Below, one piece after another: positions 48,619 through 58,561 of a stretch of DNA of 64,000 nt. The notes beneath the pieces are model-generated. The model saw nothing but the letters and a program-made list of their open reading frames with translations, was not told where the DNA came from and did no database searches. The stretch spans positions 1 to 64,000 of the forward strand of contig JBBIIG010000009.1 of NCBI GenBank assembly GCA_037446635.1. Direction: 5' to 3'. The translations under genes were made by a program, and so were the position numbers. This DNA comes from a bacterium. GTDB taxonomy: Bacteria; Zhuqueibacterota; Zhuqueibacteria; Oceanimicrobiales; Oceanimicrobiaceae. Within the stretch, counting starts at the first letter, position 1; each line of letters starts with the position of its first letter.

Positions 48619-48692
48619 TACGCCCGGAAGGACTTGAACCCTCAACCTCTTGGTCCGTAGCCAAGCGCTCTATCCAGTTGAGCTACGGGCGC
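48619..48692 (-). tRNA. tRNA-Arg(ACG)
   Basis: GCGCCCG acceptor, anticodon loop CT-ACG-GA. Confidence 0.95.
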
Positions 48693-48790
48693 AGATTTTT
48701 CAACATTTGAGAAAAGTTCTTTCTCGAAAGTACCTCTGGTGTTCCGAGTTTGTTCTACACATAACGAAGCACTTTCGAATTCTGAACCGG

Positions 48791-48863
48791 TAGCGCATAC
48801 GGGAGTCGAACCCGTGTTACCGACGTGAGAGGCCGGCGTCCTAGGCCACTAGACGAATGCGCC
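48791..48863 (-). tRNA. tRNA-Glu(CTC)
   Basis: GGCGCAT acceptor, anticodon loop CT-CTC-AC, GTTCGAC. Confidence 0.93.
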
Positions 48864-49087
48864 GCTTCTAAAAATGCGGCAAAAATATACCCAATTCGAT
48901 TTTTAAAATCAAGGCTTATTTCTTGAAAACTCGAATATCGAAATTTGAAATGCGAAACAAACCCGAAATACAAATCCTTAATTGACAAAACGGGCTGGCA
49001 ATACCAATCCCAATCGAGCTTCTGACAAATCATAATGTTTTTGAATTTTGTCTCTTGAATTTGTTTCGAATTTTGGATTTCAAAATC

Positions 49088-49765
49088 TTATGGCGCCACC
49101 TTCGGCCACTCCTCCTTCCGCCAGCCCATCTCAAAAAACAACAACTCGAAGCGCGCGCTGGTTTCATACAATTTCGACCAGTGCGCTTTTTCTTTTTCCG
49201 CAGCGCCGGCGGCCAACTCGTCCATTTTGTTTTTAAGCCAATTGGCCCAGTTGCCGAATTCCTCAGAGGCGTAGGTCTCAATCCAATCGCGATAGTGCTG
49301 TGGCTGCGGTAGTCCTTTTGCTTTCAAGCTCTGTCCAATAAAAGCGTAGCCCCAGGCGCAGGGCAGCAGCACCGCAACGATGCCGGCCAGCGGCTCTTCG
49401 TAGCAAGTCTTCACCAGAAAACTGGTATAAGACAGGGTCGTCAGCGCCGGCGCGGTTTTTTCCAACTCCTCGGCGCGAATGCCGAAGCCGTCGCAAATGC
49501 GGCGGTGCAAATCCATTTCGGTGTTAAGGGTCAAATCCAGCAGTTTGGCAAAGTAACTCATGTCGCTCAGCTCACGGGCCTTGGCCGAAGCCAGGGCAAA
49601 CACCCGGCTGAACTCCACCAAATAAACGTAATCCTGTTTCAGATAGAATTCGAATTTGTCGCGCGCCAGAGTGCCGTCGCCAATGCCGGCAACAAACGGA
49701 TGCCGCAGCATGGCCCGCCAAAGCGCATCGCACGCGGATTGCAAATCGTCGGAAAAAGCCGCCAT
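49088..49765 (-). CDS. tenA: Thiaminase II / TenA
   Basis: HPFV, YLKQDYVYL, LLPC.WGY, WIETY, E..FFEM. Confidence 0.93.
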   Translation of the reverse strand: MAAFSDDLQSACDALWRAMLRHPFVAGIGDGTLARDKFEFYLKQDYVYLVEFSRVFALASAKARELSDMSYFAKLLDLTLNTEMDLHRRICDGFGIRAEELEKTAPALTTLSYTSFLVKTCYEEPLAGIVAVLLPCAWGYAFIGQSLKAKGLPQPQHYRDWIETYASEEFGNWANWLKNKMDELAAGAAEKEKAHWSKLYETSARFELLFFEMGWRKEEWPKVAP

Positions 49766-49843
49766 AAAATTCTCCCAATTTCAATCTTTCGATAAACCTT
49801 TTGCTGAAAAATGCCGATTTATGTTCAGATAAAAAGGTGGTGC

Positions 49844-50209
49844 ATGAATTCCCTAAAAGTCCTGATTGTTGATGACGACGCGCCGTTTGTGGAATTGCTG
49901 AAATTAGCGGTGCGCAATTTTAATTTCCAGCTCGATGTCGCCAAAGACGGCCCCAGCGCCATCGCGCTGCTGAATAAAAAACGATACGACCTGGTGATCA
50001 GCGACTATCGCCTGCCGGGAATGGACGGCCTGAATCTCGTCCGCATCGCGCGCAACCACAATCCCGAATGCTGGATCATGTTGGTGAGCGCCGCCCACGC
50101 GGACATGATCAGCAAAGAGATTAAAAATCTGGCGCGCTTCACCTTCATTCAAAAACCGCTCTCTCCCTGGCAGATTCGACAAGCCGTCAAGAATGTCTTG
50201 AATGAATAA
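49844..50209 (+). CDS. Single-domain response regulator
   Basis: VLIVDDD, SDYRLPGMDG, KP; AAGGTGG RBS before ATG 49844. Confidence 0.9.
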   Translation: MNSLKVLIVDDDAPFVELLKLAVRNFNFQLDVAKDGPSAIALLNKKRYDLVISDYRLPGMDGLNLVRIARNHNPECWIMLVSAAHADMISKEIKNLARFTFIQKPLSPWQIRQAVKNVLNE

Positions 50210-50833
50210 TCATTCTTCCACCACTTCGGCGTTCGCAATTTTTCCTAAAATTTTGCCGCCGTCGCCGAGATAGACTCGAACGTTCAGGTTTTCATCTTCG
50301 ACGATAAAATCTCCCTCTACCGTGGAGTGGATGATTCTAACGATGACTTGGTCGCGGCTGCCTCCCCGACTGCGACCCTTGATCACCACGTCCCCTTTGA
50401 CTGTGCTGGCGTTTTCCAAAGTGATGTCGCCATTGATGGTTTTGACGTCGCGCTGCACCACCGCGCCATCGAGACGAATTCTGCCGTTGATGGATTGCAC
50501 GCTGCCCTCCACCTCCGTTCCCGCGCCGCAAAAAAGGTTGCCGTTGACGGTTTCCACGTCGCCGTTCACCACCACATTCTCGTACAGGTCAATGCTGCCG
50601 TTGACGCTTTGCAAATCCTCGACGCGCGAGCCCGGCCCAATTTCAATGCGGCCATTCACGGTGCGGCTGCTGCCCAACAAAGTACAATCTCTGCCGACGA
50701 TGATGCCGCCGTTCACGGAATTGATGCCGCCGCGGCGGGTTTCGCCATCTTCCACATAAATCGTTTTATTGACGCCGACGTCGCACGCGGCGGACAGCAG
50801 TAAAGTTAAAAATAAACCCAATCTCGCTTTCAC
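50210..50833 (-). CDS. Predicted lipoprotein with (S/T)VNG beta-helix-like repeats (DUF4097-like)
   Basis: LSAA-C lipobox; six SVNG/TVNG/TING repeats spaced ~18 aa apart. Confidence 0.75.
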   Translation of the reverse strand: MKARLGLFLTLLLSAACDVGVNKTIYVEDGETRRGGINSVNGGIIVGRDCTLLGSSRTVNGRIEIGPGSRVEDLQSVNGSIDLYENVVVNGDVETVNGNLFCGAGTEVEGSVQSINGRIRLDGAVVQRDVKTINGDITLENASTVKGDVVIKGRSRGGSRDQVIVRIIHSTVEGDFIVEDENLNVRVYLGDGGKILGKIANAEVVEE

Positions 50834-51073
50834 AGCCTCACTCTCCTCTCATTTGAATAAAAAATTGAACGCCGAAGGTCACCGAAATAAACTGAATAAT
50901 TCATGAATCCGCCTGTTATTCAGAAGGAAACTTTTCCGCGAAGCGGATCCGCAATCGCCGACAAGTGGGCTTTCCGATTAGCAGAAATCCAGGTAACCCA
51001 ATAAAAAGACTCCTCCTGAGTGACATGATCACTCTTGAGAATCAACTCGGCGCTTTTCGGTGTGATTCGCTGT

Positions 51074-52927
51074 TTAGTCATTTAGCCTTTCCGCAAATTC
51101 CTTTGCGCGGCGTTCGAATTCTTCGGTGGCGCTGGCCAGCTCGCCGTAAAGTTTTTCCACGTGTGTTTTGAGCTCGCGATCCTGCTTCGCCAGCGCCGCG
51201 ATGGCCGCGCCGTCGCCTTTGGTTGATGCCGCGATGAGCAATTCATTGATGCGGTGGCGCTCGTTCTCACCATCCGCAATAGCGGCTTCCAATTCCAAAA
51301 CTTTTTTTTGCAAAGGAGAAAGCGTCTGGGATCTTTGTTGAATGATTTCCGCGCGGGCTTTGCGCAGCGCTTTTTTATCCGGCTGATTATTTTTGGGAAT
51401 GTTGAGCTTGCCATCCTCGGGTTGGGCCGTGAGCTTCGGCTCGTTTTCCCAGCCAATGTCTTTGAGAAAATCCGGGTAGCTGCCTTCATACACCATCAAG
51501 CGATCCCGGTCGAAGACAATCAGGCGTTCCGCCAGCGCATTCAGAAACATCTCGTTGTGAGTTACCAGCACCACCGCGCCGTCGAAAGAATCCAGCGCCG
51601 CCAGCAGCGAATCGCACGATTCTAAATCGAGGTGGTTGCTGGGTTCGTCCAACAGCAGCAGGCTGCAGGGCGCCGCCAGAATTTTTCCTAACAGCACCCG
51701 GCTGCGCTCGCCGCCGGAAAGCACGGCGATTTTTTTCAGCGCTTCGTCGCCGGAAAACATCATGGCGCCGGCGATGTCGCGCGCCCGCTGCTGGCTGCAG
51801 TTGGGATCGGCAGACATGATTTCTTCTTCGAGGGTTTTGTTGAGGTCCAGCTCCGCCGCGTTGGTCTGGCCAAAATAGCCGGCGCGCGTCATGGCGTGGG
51901 CGCGCAACTGCCCGCTCAGCGGCTGCAGCCGCTGAGCCAAAATTTTCAGCAACGTCGATTTGCCTTTGCCGTTTTTGCCGACAATGCAGATGCGATCGTT
52001 TTTGCCAATGGTAAACTTCATCCCCTCAAAAAGTTTGGGAAGCGCCGGATCATAACCAAAGGCGACGTCATCCACCTCCATCAAAATTTTGGCGGGAAAC
52101 GGCGCAGGGGTGAATTCAAACTCGATGCTTTTGATCTTGTGCAACTTTTCCCGCTTCTCGGTTTTGGCTAAAGTCTTGATCCGCGATTGCACTAAGTTCG
52201 CCAGCCGCGCTTTGGCGCGAAACCGGCGGATAAAAATCTCGATCTCCTTGCGCCGCTTCTCATCGTTGATGCGGGTTTTTTCGTAAATCTCCTCTTCCTG
52301 CAAAATTTGATTGTAATATTTTTCCGTGCCGCCGGCAATTTTTCGCACCCGCTGCCGGTGAATGCCCATCGTGTGGGTAATCACGCTGTCCATGAAACTG
52401 CGATCGTGAGTGATGAGCATCAGCTCGCGCGGCCAACTCTGCAAATATTTGATGAGCCAGCGAATGGAAACGATGTCGAGATAGTTGGTGGGCTCGTCGA
52501 GCAAAAGCAGATCGGGATCGGAAACCAGCACTTTCGCGAGATTGAGCCGCACCTGAAAGCCGCCGGAAAATTCCGCCGGCGGACGCGCCATATCTTCTTT
52601 GGTGAATCCTAACCCGAAAAGAATGCTCTCGGCGCGCCAGCGATCGTGTTCCTGATCTTCGGGTAATCCTAAACACGCTTCATCCAGCACGGTTGGTTGG
52701 GTGAAATGAATGTGCTGCTCGAGGTGCCCAATGCGATAATTTTTAGGAATGGCGATGATGCCGGAATCCGGCTCCTCGCGCTTGAGCAGCAGCCGAAAGA
52801 GGGTGGTTTTGCCGTGGCCGTTTCGCCCCACCAGCCCGATGCGCTCTTTGAGATTGATGTTAAAACTGACGTCATCGAAGAGGGTCTGGCTGCCGTAGGA
52901 TTTGCAGAGGTTGGCGACTTTGATCAT
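51074..52927 (-). CDS. ABC-F family ATP-binding protein
   Basis: Two NBDs (GRNGHGKT, GKNGKGKS; DEPTNYLD, DEPSNHLD), no TM, C-terminal coiled coil. Confidence 0.95.
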   Translation of the reverse strand: MIKVANLCKSYGSQTLFDDVSFNINLKERIGLVGRNGHGKTTLFRLLLKREEPDSGIIAIPKNYRIGHLEQHIHFTQPTVLDEACLGLPEDQEHDRWRAESILFGLGFTKEDMARPPAEFSGGFQVRLNLAKVLVSDPDLLLLDEPTNYLDIVSIRWLIKYLQSWPRELMLITHDRSFMDSVITHTMGIHRQRVRKIAGGTEKYYNQILQEEEIYEKTRINDEKRRKEIEIFIRRFRAKARLANLVQSRIKTLAKTEKREKLHKIKSIEFEFTPAPFPAKILMEVDDVAFGYDPALPKLFEGMKFTIGKNDRICIVGKNGKGKSTLLKILAQRLQPLSGQLRAHAMTRAGYFGQTNAAELDLNKTLEEEIMSADPNCSQQRARDIAGAMMFSGDEALKKIAVLSGGERSRVLLGKILAAPCSLLLLDEPSNHLDLESCDSLLAALDSFDGAVVLVTHNEMFLNALAERLIVFDRDRLMVYEGSYPDFLKDIGWENEPKLTAQPEDGKLNIPKNNQPDKKALRKARAEIIQQRSQTLSPLQKKVLELEAAIADGENERHRINELLIAASTKGDGAAIAALAKQDRELKTHVEKLYGELASATEEFERRAKEFAERLND

Positions 52928-52990
52928 GTCAGCAAATATAGCAGAATTTGAAGAAAGATCAAGGGAGGCGCCGGCGCTCCTTCCCTTCGA

Positions 52991-53590
52991 TCAAACCGCC
53001 CGCAGCCGCGGAAGCTGTTGATGCACGCCGCTCAGAAAATGGTGGGTGATGCGCGCCGTGAGGCCCCACAAGTTGGCGACGCTGGAATTGCGCGGACGGT
53101 AATTAAAATTCAAATACATAAAATCATGATAATTTCCGAAGTCGATCTCCGGACGAAATTGTGAGAGCAGATGCGCCAGCGGAATCTCCACCACTTCGGC
53201 GACTTCCCATGAGTTGATTTTGTAGTTTATCGGTTCGGAGGACCACACCGCGTGCGCCGCGGCGTCAAACCTCGAGGTGATGGTCTCGAATAAACCGAGA
53301 TCGCCGAGATAGGTCAGCGCGCTGGCATCGATTCCAATTTCTTCCCACGTTTCTCGAAACGCCGCCGCGCGACTGGATTGATCTTCAGTATCGATCTTCC
53401 CGCCCGGAAAAGCGATGTGCCCGCTGTGGACGCTCATGCCTTTTGTGCGCCGAATGTAAACCAAATAGGTGGCGTTATCGCGCTCAAAAAAAATGAGCAG
53501 CACCGCCGCGGGCGTGTGAGATGAAAGGGCGTGCTGGCGTTTGGGCAAAGCCGCGATAATCTGTTTAATCTCCTCGGGCGTCAGTCGCAT
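52991..53590 (-). CDS. Nudix CoA pyrophosphatase-like protein
   Basis: AAVL, HSGHIAFPGG, RETWEEIG, WGLTA. Confidence 0.9.
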   Translation of the reverse strand: MRLTPEEIKQIIAALPKRQHALSSHTPAAVLLIFFERDNATYLVYIRRTKGMSVHSGHIAFPGGKIDTEDQSSRAAAFRETWEEIGIDASALTYLGDLGLFETITSRFDAAAHAVWSSEPINYKINSWEVAEVVEIPLAHLLSQFRPEIDFGNYHDFMYLNFNYRPRNSSVANLWGLTARITHHFLSGVHQQLPRLRAV

Positions 53591-53704
53591 GGTGAAATCT
53601 AAAATCTGGAGAAATCAAAATCAAGTTCTTGCTTTTGATTCAAAATTCGATAAATTAGCCAGTCGTTAAAAAGGATTTTGTGATTAATTCAAAGGAGGAC
53701 TAAG

Positions 53705-54529
53705 ATGAAGCTGAGCATTCAAGACAAATGGCTGATTGGAATTTTATGCTGCTTGATGGCCATCTTCCCCAACTGCGGTAAAAGCCCGAACGAGCCCAGC
53801 ACGCCCCCGAAAATTCCACCGGCCGGCACGATGTTCGTGGACCTGTCATTTTTTAGAACCAACCCCAGCAGCCAGCCCATGCAACCCGATGCAGCGCTCT
53901 CCAAATTAAATTTCTTTGCCGCGCTGACTGTGGTGACCGCCTTCAACGCGGCGGTGCTCATTGGGCTTTCGGTTCCAGCAGCGGCCACCGCTGCAGCGCT
54001 GAGCGTCGAACCCACGTTTGAGTCCGACGGCAAATTCCACTGGAACTTTTCTTACCCCGAAGACAACCCGATTCTCACGCTCGAGCTCACTGCGGAAGTG
54101 CGGCTGGCAACGGTTAAGTGGGAGATGTTTGTGACCAGTCCAACCCACACGCCGCCGCTTAGCGATTTTCTCTGGTACGACGGCGAAAGCGATCTCGACG
54201 GCGAAACCGGCTACTGGCAATTTTATGACGACCAGCAGCCGGCGCAAAACGTCGAAACCGTGCTCATCGATTGGCAGTTCATCGCCGACGACGACCGCAC
54301 CCTGACCTTTACCAACGTGAAAGTCGGCAACCCGCGCTTTGGCGACCGGCTTCGGTATCAAATCGCCGGCGAAGACGTCAGCATGTTATTCACGGAAGCC
54401 GCCACCGGCGATACGGTGCAGGTGGCGTGGAACATGGCCACCGGCGAAGGATTCATCATCGCCCCCAACTACAGAAACGGCCAGAAATCGTGTTGGAATT
54501 CAACGCAAGACGACATCGATTGCCCGTGA
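53705..54529 (+). CDS. Predicted lipoprotein, unknown function
   Basis: GGAGG RBS; signal peptide ending in Cys (PN-C); C-terminal CW...C. Confidence 0.75.
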   Translation: MKLSIQDKWLIGILCCLMAIFPNCGKSPNEPSTPPKIPPAGTMFVDLSFFRTNPSSQPMQPDAALSKLNFFAALTVVTAFNAAVLIGLSVPAAATAAALSVEPTFESDGKFHWNFSYPEDNPILTLELTAEVRLATVKWEMFVTSPTHTPPLSDFLWYDGESDLDGETGYWQFYDDQQPAQNVETVLIDWQFIADDDRTLTFTNVKVGNPRFGDRLRYQIAGEDVSMLFTEAATGDTVQVAWNMATGEGFIIAPNYRNGQKSCWNSTQDDIDCP

Positions 54530-54583
54530 TTTTTCTTCGTGAATTTCGTGTGCTTTGTGGTAAAAAAATCTAACTCTCAACAG

Positions 54584-54620
54584 AAAAGCCCGCGACCGAA
54601 GCCGCGGGCTTTTTATCTGA
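54584..54620. terminator. Bidirectional intrinsic terminator, copy 1 of a direct repeat
   Basis: AAAAGCCCGCG-accgaagc-CGCGGGCTTTT. Confidence 0.8.
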
Positions 54621-54641
54621 TGGGCATAAAATTTTCTTAAG

Positions 54642-55055
54642 CTAAGAACCTGCCTGTCGGACGAACCCGACAAATTGTTTTACCTCATCCAATTTTTTGA
54701 GCATGATTTCACAAATGTCTTCATAAACGACTTTCTCGTAATCGTGCGCAAGAAAGTTGCGGAAGCCGGCAATGCGCGCGAAATCATAAGCAAATTCTTG
54801 TGGAAGAATTTTATTCTCGCCCAGAATATCGATGGCTTCGGAGTAACTTTGCGGCGACCGCAGGCTTTTATGTTTGATAACCATCTCAGCCAGCGCGACG
54901 CAGGAATCCGCCACCATGTAAAGGTAATAGAGAACCGCGCCGCGATACACGTTGTCGGTTTTCATGCGCTCGACACAGTTGTCTTTCAAGCCTTCGAGTG
55001 TACCAATGTACTCGAGAATTCTGGCTATCTTGGCTTGCATGGCTTCTGAGCTCAT
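54642..55055 (-). CDS. HepT-like (DUF86) RNase toxin
   Basis: RNFLAHDY = RX4HXY motif; start trimmed to ATG 55055. Confidence 0.9.
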   Translation of the reverse strand: MSSEAMQAKIARILEYIGTLEGLKDNCVERMKTDNVYRGAVLYYLYMVADSCVALAEMVIKHKSLRSPQSYSEAIDILGENKILPQEFAYDFARIAGFRNFLAHDYEKVVYEDICEIMLKKLDEVKQFVGFVRQAGS

Positions 55056-55056
55056 C

Positions 55057-55446
55057 CTACACACCCATATATAGTTTTCGCTGGTATTGAAAATCAAATA
55101 GCCGGTGGCGGGCAGAGACCTCGATCAGCGCGCGCTGGTCTGGGTCGTTATCCACTAACACGACACCGTGATCAAATATCGCGTTGAGAAGAAAAAGATT
55201 TTCCAGACGATCCAGAAACGTCACGTCCAAATTCTCCAACTTCGTTTTCTTCCCCAACCGCTGAATGATGCCAAGCCGGTCATCCGCGCTAAGTTGTTTG
55301 GTAGGATAGACGGCGATATCCACGTCACTCAATGCCGTGGGGTTGCCGGCAGCATGAGAACCAAACAAATAGGCAAACAGAATACTCTCCTCTGACGCCA
55401 ACGCCTGTTTAAGTGAATTTAGATCGAGATTCTTCATGATGTCCAA
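55057..55446 (-). CDS. MntA-like adenylyltransferase antitoxin
   Basis: YLFGS-X10-DVD motif. Confidence 0.9.
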   Translation of the reverse strand: MDIMKNLDLNSLKQALASEESILFAYLFGSHAAGNPTALSDVDIAVYPTKQLSADDRLGIIQRLGKKTKLENLDVTFLDRLENLFLLNAIFDHGVVLVDNDPDQRALIEVSARHRLFDFQYQRKLYMGV

Positions 55447-55525
55447 ATGTAGAAAATCCTATTGAATTGTCAAGAGATTAGACTACCGACTTTCTGCGAG
55501 ATGGCGAACGCAAGTGAAAGAACCA

Positions 55526-55563
55526 AAAAGCCCGCGACCCGAAGCCGCGGGCTTTTTATCTGA
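55526..55563. terminator. Bidirectional intrinsic terminator, copy 2 of a direct repeat
   Basis: Same sequence as 54584-54620 with one extra C. Confidence 0.8.
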
Positions 55564-55582
55564 GAGGTGTGTTGGAAGATAA

Positions 55583-56350
55583 CTACGAGCTAATGAGTTT
55601 GAACTGCACCGGAATCGAAACCCAGACGCGAATTTTGCGGTCCCGTTGTTTGGCGGGCTCCCACTTCACTTTCTGCAGCGCGCTGATCGCCGATTCCTCG
55701 AACCCCATATTCTCCGGCTTAGCGCGCAGCACCTCCACTTTCTCGGCTACACCCGACACGCTCACCAGCACTTTCAAAAACACGATGCCCTCCACGCCGG
55801 CGGCCTGAGCCAGCCGCGGATACTTCAAATGTTTTTGCAGCTCGGCCATCCCGCCGATGATTTGCGGCGGCTCGTCGTAGGCCACAAAAATCGGCAGATC
55901 GTCTTCATCCGGCGGGGGAGGCGGCGGTGGAATTTGCGTCAAATCAATTTCCGTGGAGGCGATGGTCAAGTCCTCTGGAACGGTCTCGGATTCCGTGGGC
56001 ACCGGGATCGACGGCCGCGGCGGCGGGGCGGCCTGTTTGATTTGATGAGTGGGGGGAATATCGGCCACTTCGATTTTGATTTCCGGCTGCGTTACCGCTG
56101 CCGACGAAACCGAAATTTGTTTGGCGACTTGAAAGGCGATGATGAGCAAAAACAACGTCGCCGCAAAAGAAATTTCAAATACCCGGCGATTCTGGCGTTT
56201 GAGATCTGCGTGCCGCGCTTTTCCTCGGACTAACTGCTGGGTATCGACCAATTGCGAAAAGAATTTTCTGGTATCGGCATTGAGCTGGCTTTCGCTGCTG
56301 GGAACCGCCGCCAACGAAGGCCGGAATCCACGATGGTTGCTCCGTAACAT
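55583..56350 (-). CDS. TonB-family energy transducer
   Basis: Single TM, Pro-rich linker, YP..A...GVEG.V, W.PAKQR...V.F.L. Confidence 0.9.
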   Translation of the reverse strand: MLRSNHRGFRPSLAAVPSSESQLNADTRKFFSQLVDTQQLVRGKARHADLKRQNRRVFEISFAATLFLLIIAFQVAKQISVSSAAVTQPEIKIEVADIPPTHQIKQAAPPPRPSIPVPTESETVPEDLTIASTEIDLTQIPPPPPPPDEDDLPIFVAYDEPPQIIGGMAELQKHLKYPRLAQAAGVEGIVFLKVLVSVSGVAEKVEVLRAKPENMGFEESAISALQKVKWEPAKQRDRKIRVWVSIPVQFKLISS

Positions 56351-57002
56351 GATCTACTCCTATTTTCTTTGAATTAAAACTAAGATGGCGATTTAATAGG
56401 TGAAGGTACGGCAGGAAAGTCGCGCGGGTTTCAGAGTAACTTCTATCTGAAAAAATGACTGAAAAATAAAACCCTGACAGGGTTTCGAACGCTGTCAAAG
56501 TTGAATGATTTATTTATTACGAATAGAACATTTTTCTTGCAGATTTCGTTTTTTTTTTTTTATTTTTGCCCAGTTCTTTTTATGGCCTCAGACTGGTTCT
56601 TTGAATGAGTCTCCCAAAATTTAGTGTAACATGCATGGGGAGACGTACGATCGTTAGAATTTATCGAAACCCAGGTCAAGCATCGACCATGCTTGTGCTT
56701 GGGTTTTTTGTTTTATAAAACGAATTTTATTGTTGTTCGAGGTTTTTCAATAAAAAAAACGAGGCTACTGTCTCGTTGGAAGCTAAACAGTAGCCCCGCA
56801 TTAGGTGCTAACCCCGATGATTCAGGGTTAACACGAGAAAAATATTGAAAAACCTCTCCATTGTCAAGGATTAATTTGGCATGGCCGCCCAAAGCGGCCA
56901 AGGAGAGGTAGGCGTGTACTTTCGGTGGGATCATCCTCCGTAGCTGACATTCAATGACGAATGCTGTTTAAATCCTGAATCTCAAACTTGGAGGATGCTA
57001 AA

Positions 57003-58492
57003 ATGAAACCCAGAAAGGTATTTCTGCAGATGGCTTGCATTGCTTGCCTACAATTCTGTTATTCACAGGCTGCAAGGAAAAGCCCGTGGAACCGGATTCA
57101 CCGGCACTGCAATCGGAAGCAGAGGTTTTACAAAAGACAGCAACGGATGATTTGATTTACAAAGAGTTGGATAAGATTGCGAAGTTTTTGGCTGAGAAAA
57201 GAGCTTCCGTCGTGAACTCTCTTCCATCGCGAGTACTTGAGAGGAAGGGAGAAGAGCTTCTCAATCAACTCGCCGCAGCGCGCTCATTGCAAACGAGATT
57301 TACCGCTACAGATGGACGTATTTTTGAAGTAACTTTTGCTTTGGCCAAAAGATCATCGGTTAATAACCTCACCGAACGGCTGCGCGTGGCGGTCGATCCC
57401 GATGATTACCCAATGGATGATTCAGGGAACTTTATCGTCTATTTTTTGGATGACGCCGGTAATTTATCCTCGGAAACCACGAGCATCGAGGAGTACAATC
57501 AGAAAGCACCCTATCCGCTGCTGCTGGTGAATACCTTCGAGGAAGTTCCTGCCAGGAATTCATTTTCAAAAGCGAGTTCAGAAAATTCAATAGAAGGTAT
57601 CAACAGTCCTTTCTATCTATCAGTCCGAGCCATCGATTTGAAACGGGAAAACGACCCCGTGGGTTATGAGGAGTTTGAAATCTTTGTGCGCGAAGAAAGT
57701 ATAATTACCGAGACGCTAAATTGTGACAATCAAACTGCTCAGACAACGGTCAATGTCGATCTTGAAACGGATTTCCTCTTTGATGGCCATTATCGATATG
57801 ACGCAGTGGGTCGCTACCGCTATTTTCCCGACATCAACGTGGATAATGGCGGGTGGATTACTATGCCTAACGATATCGCCCTCGTGCTTCTCTCCTCCGA
57901 AAAGAGAGGTCTCACGCCGATTGAAGATGATCACGCCGCTGGGGTCCACCACAATTCTAACAGCTTTCCATGTGGCACGGGCGTGCATACTCAGAACGTG
58001 ACTGCCTATCGTTGGGATTTGGGACAAAACCAACAGAACCTGGTTATCTTTAGGGTCTACCACGACGGCGATGCGGACGACGTTTATTCCTACTCCGGCA
58101 TTTTTGGGGTGACTCAAAGCAACTGTGGGCCAATGGTCAATACGGAACGGCAATTTCCAAACACGGATATGGATCTGAAATTGATTGTTGAGGACAATCC
58201 GCAAATCCCACCCAACCCGCCGGTCATCAATGGTTCGATAGTCAGCGGACATCCTAAGCTAACGTGGAGTGCGGTACCCGGCGCTGATGCTTACAAAGTC
58301 ACGTTAAACGACACCTACGCCAGCCAGACCCTAAACTGGACGATCACTACCACCAGCTTCGAGGATCCGCCTCGAAACCCGGTGATGTTTGCCCAGACCT
58401 CTTTTCCTTCACTAAACTACACCGTCAAAACGATTGACAACGGTTTGGAGAGCGTGCCCAGCAACGCTAAGATCTATCAGTACGTGGAGTAA
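57003..58492 (+). CDS. Large predicted lipoprotein with C-terminal Fn3-like domain; apparent frameshift in the signal peptide
   Basis: GGAGG RBS and ATG 57003 (MKPRKVFLQMACIAC) are out of frame with ...TILLFTG-C of the long ORF; LTWSAVPGADAY...YTVK...ES.PS is Fn3-like. Confidence 0.65.
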
Positions 58493-58561
58493 TGAAAATC
58501 CGAGAAAACGGCCCCATTTTTTGGGGCCGCTTTCTCCCCTAAGCTTAACGGAGGCATACCT

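Noticed and set aside
49766..49843. TPP riboswitch upstream of tenA
   Set aside because: The spacer is only ~80 nt and lacks the conserved TPP aptamer motifs.
49844..50209. CheY controlling the motor operon
   Set aside because: A generic receiver domain 36 kb away, with no che genes nearby, and the rotor lacks a FliM partner or binding motif.
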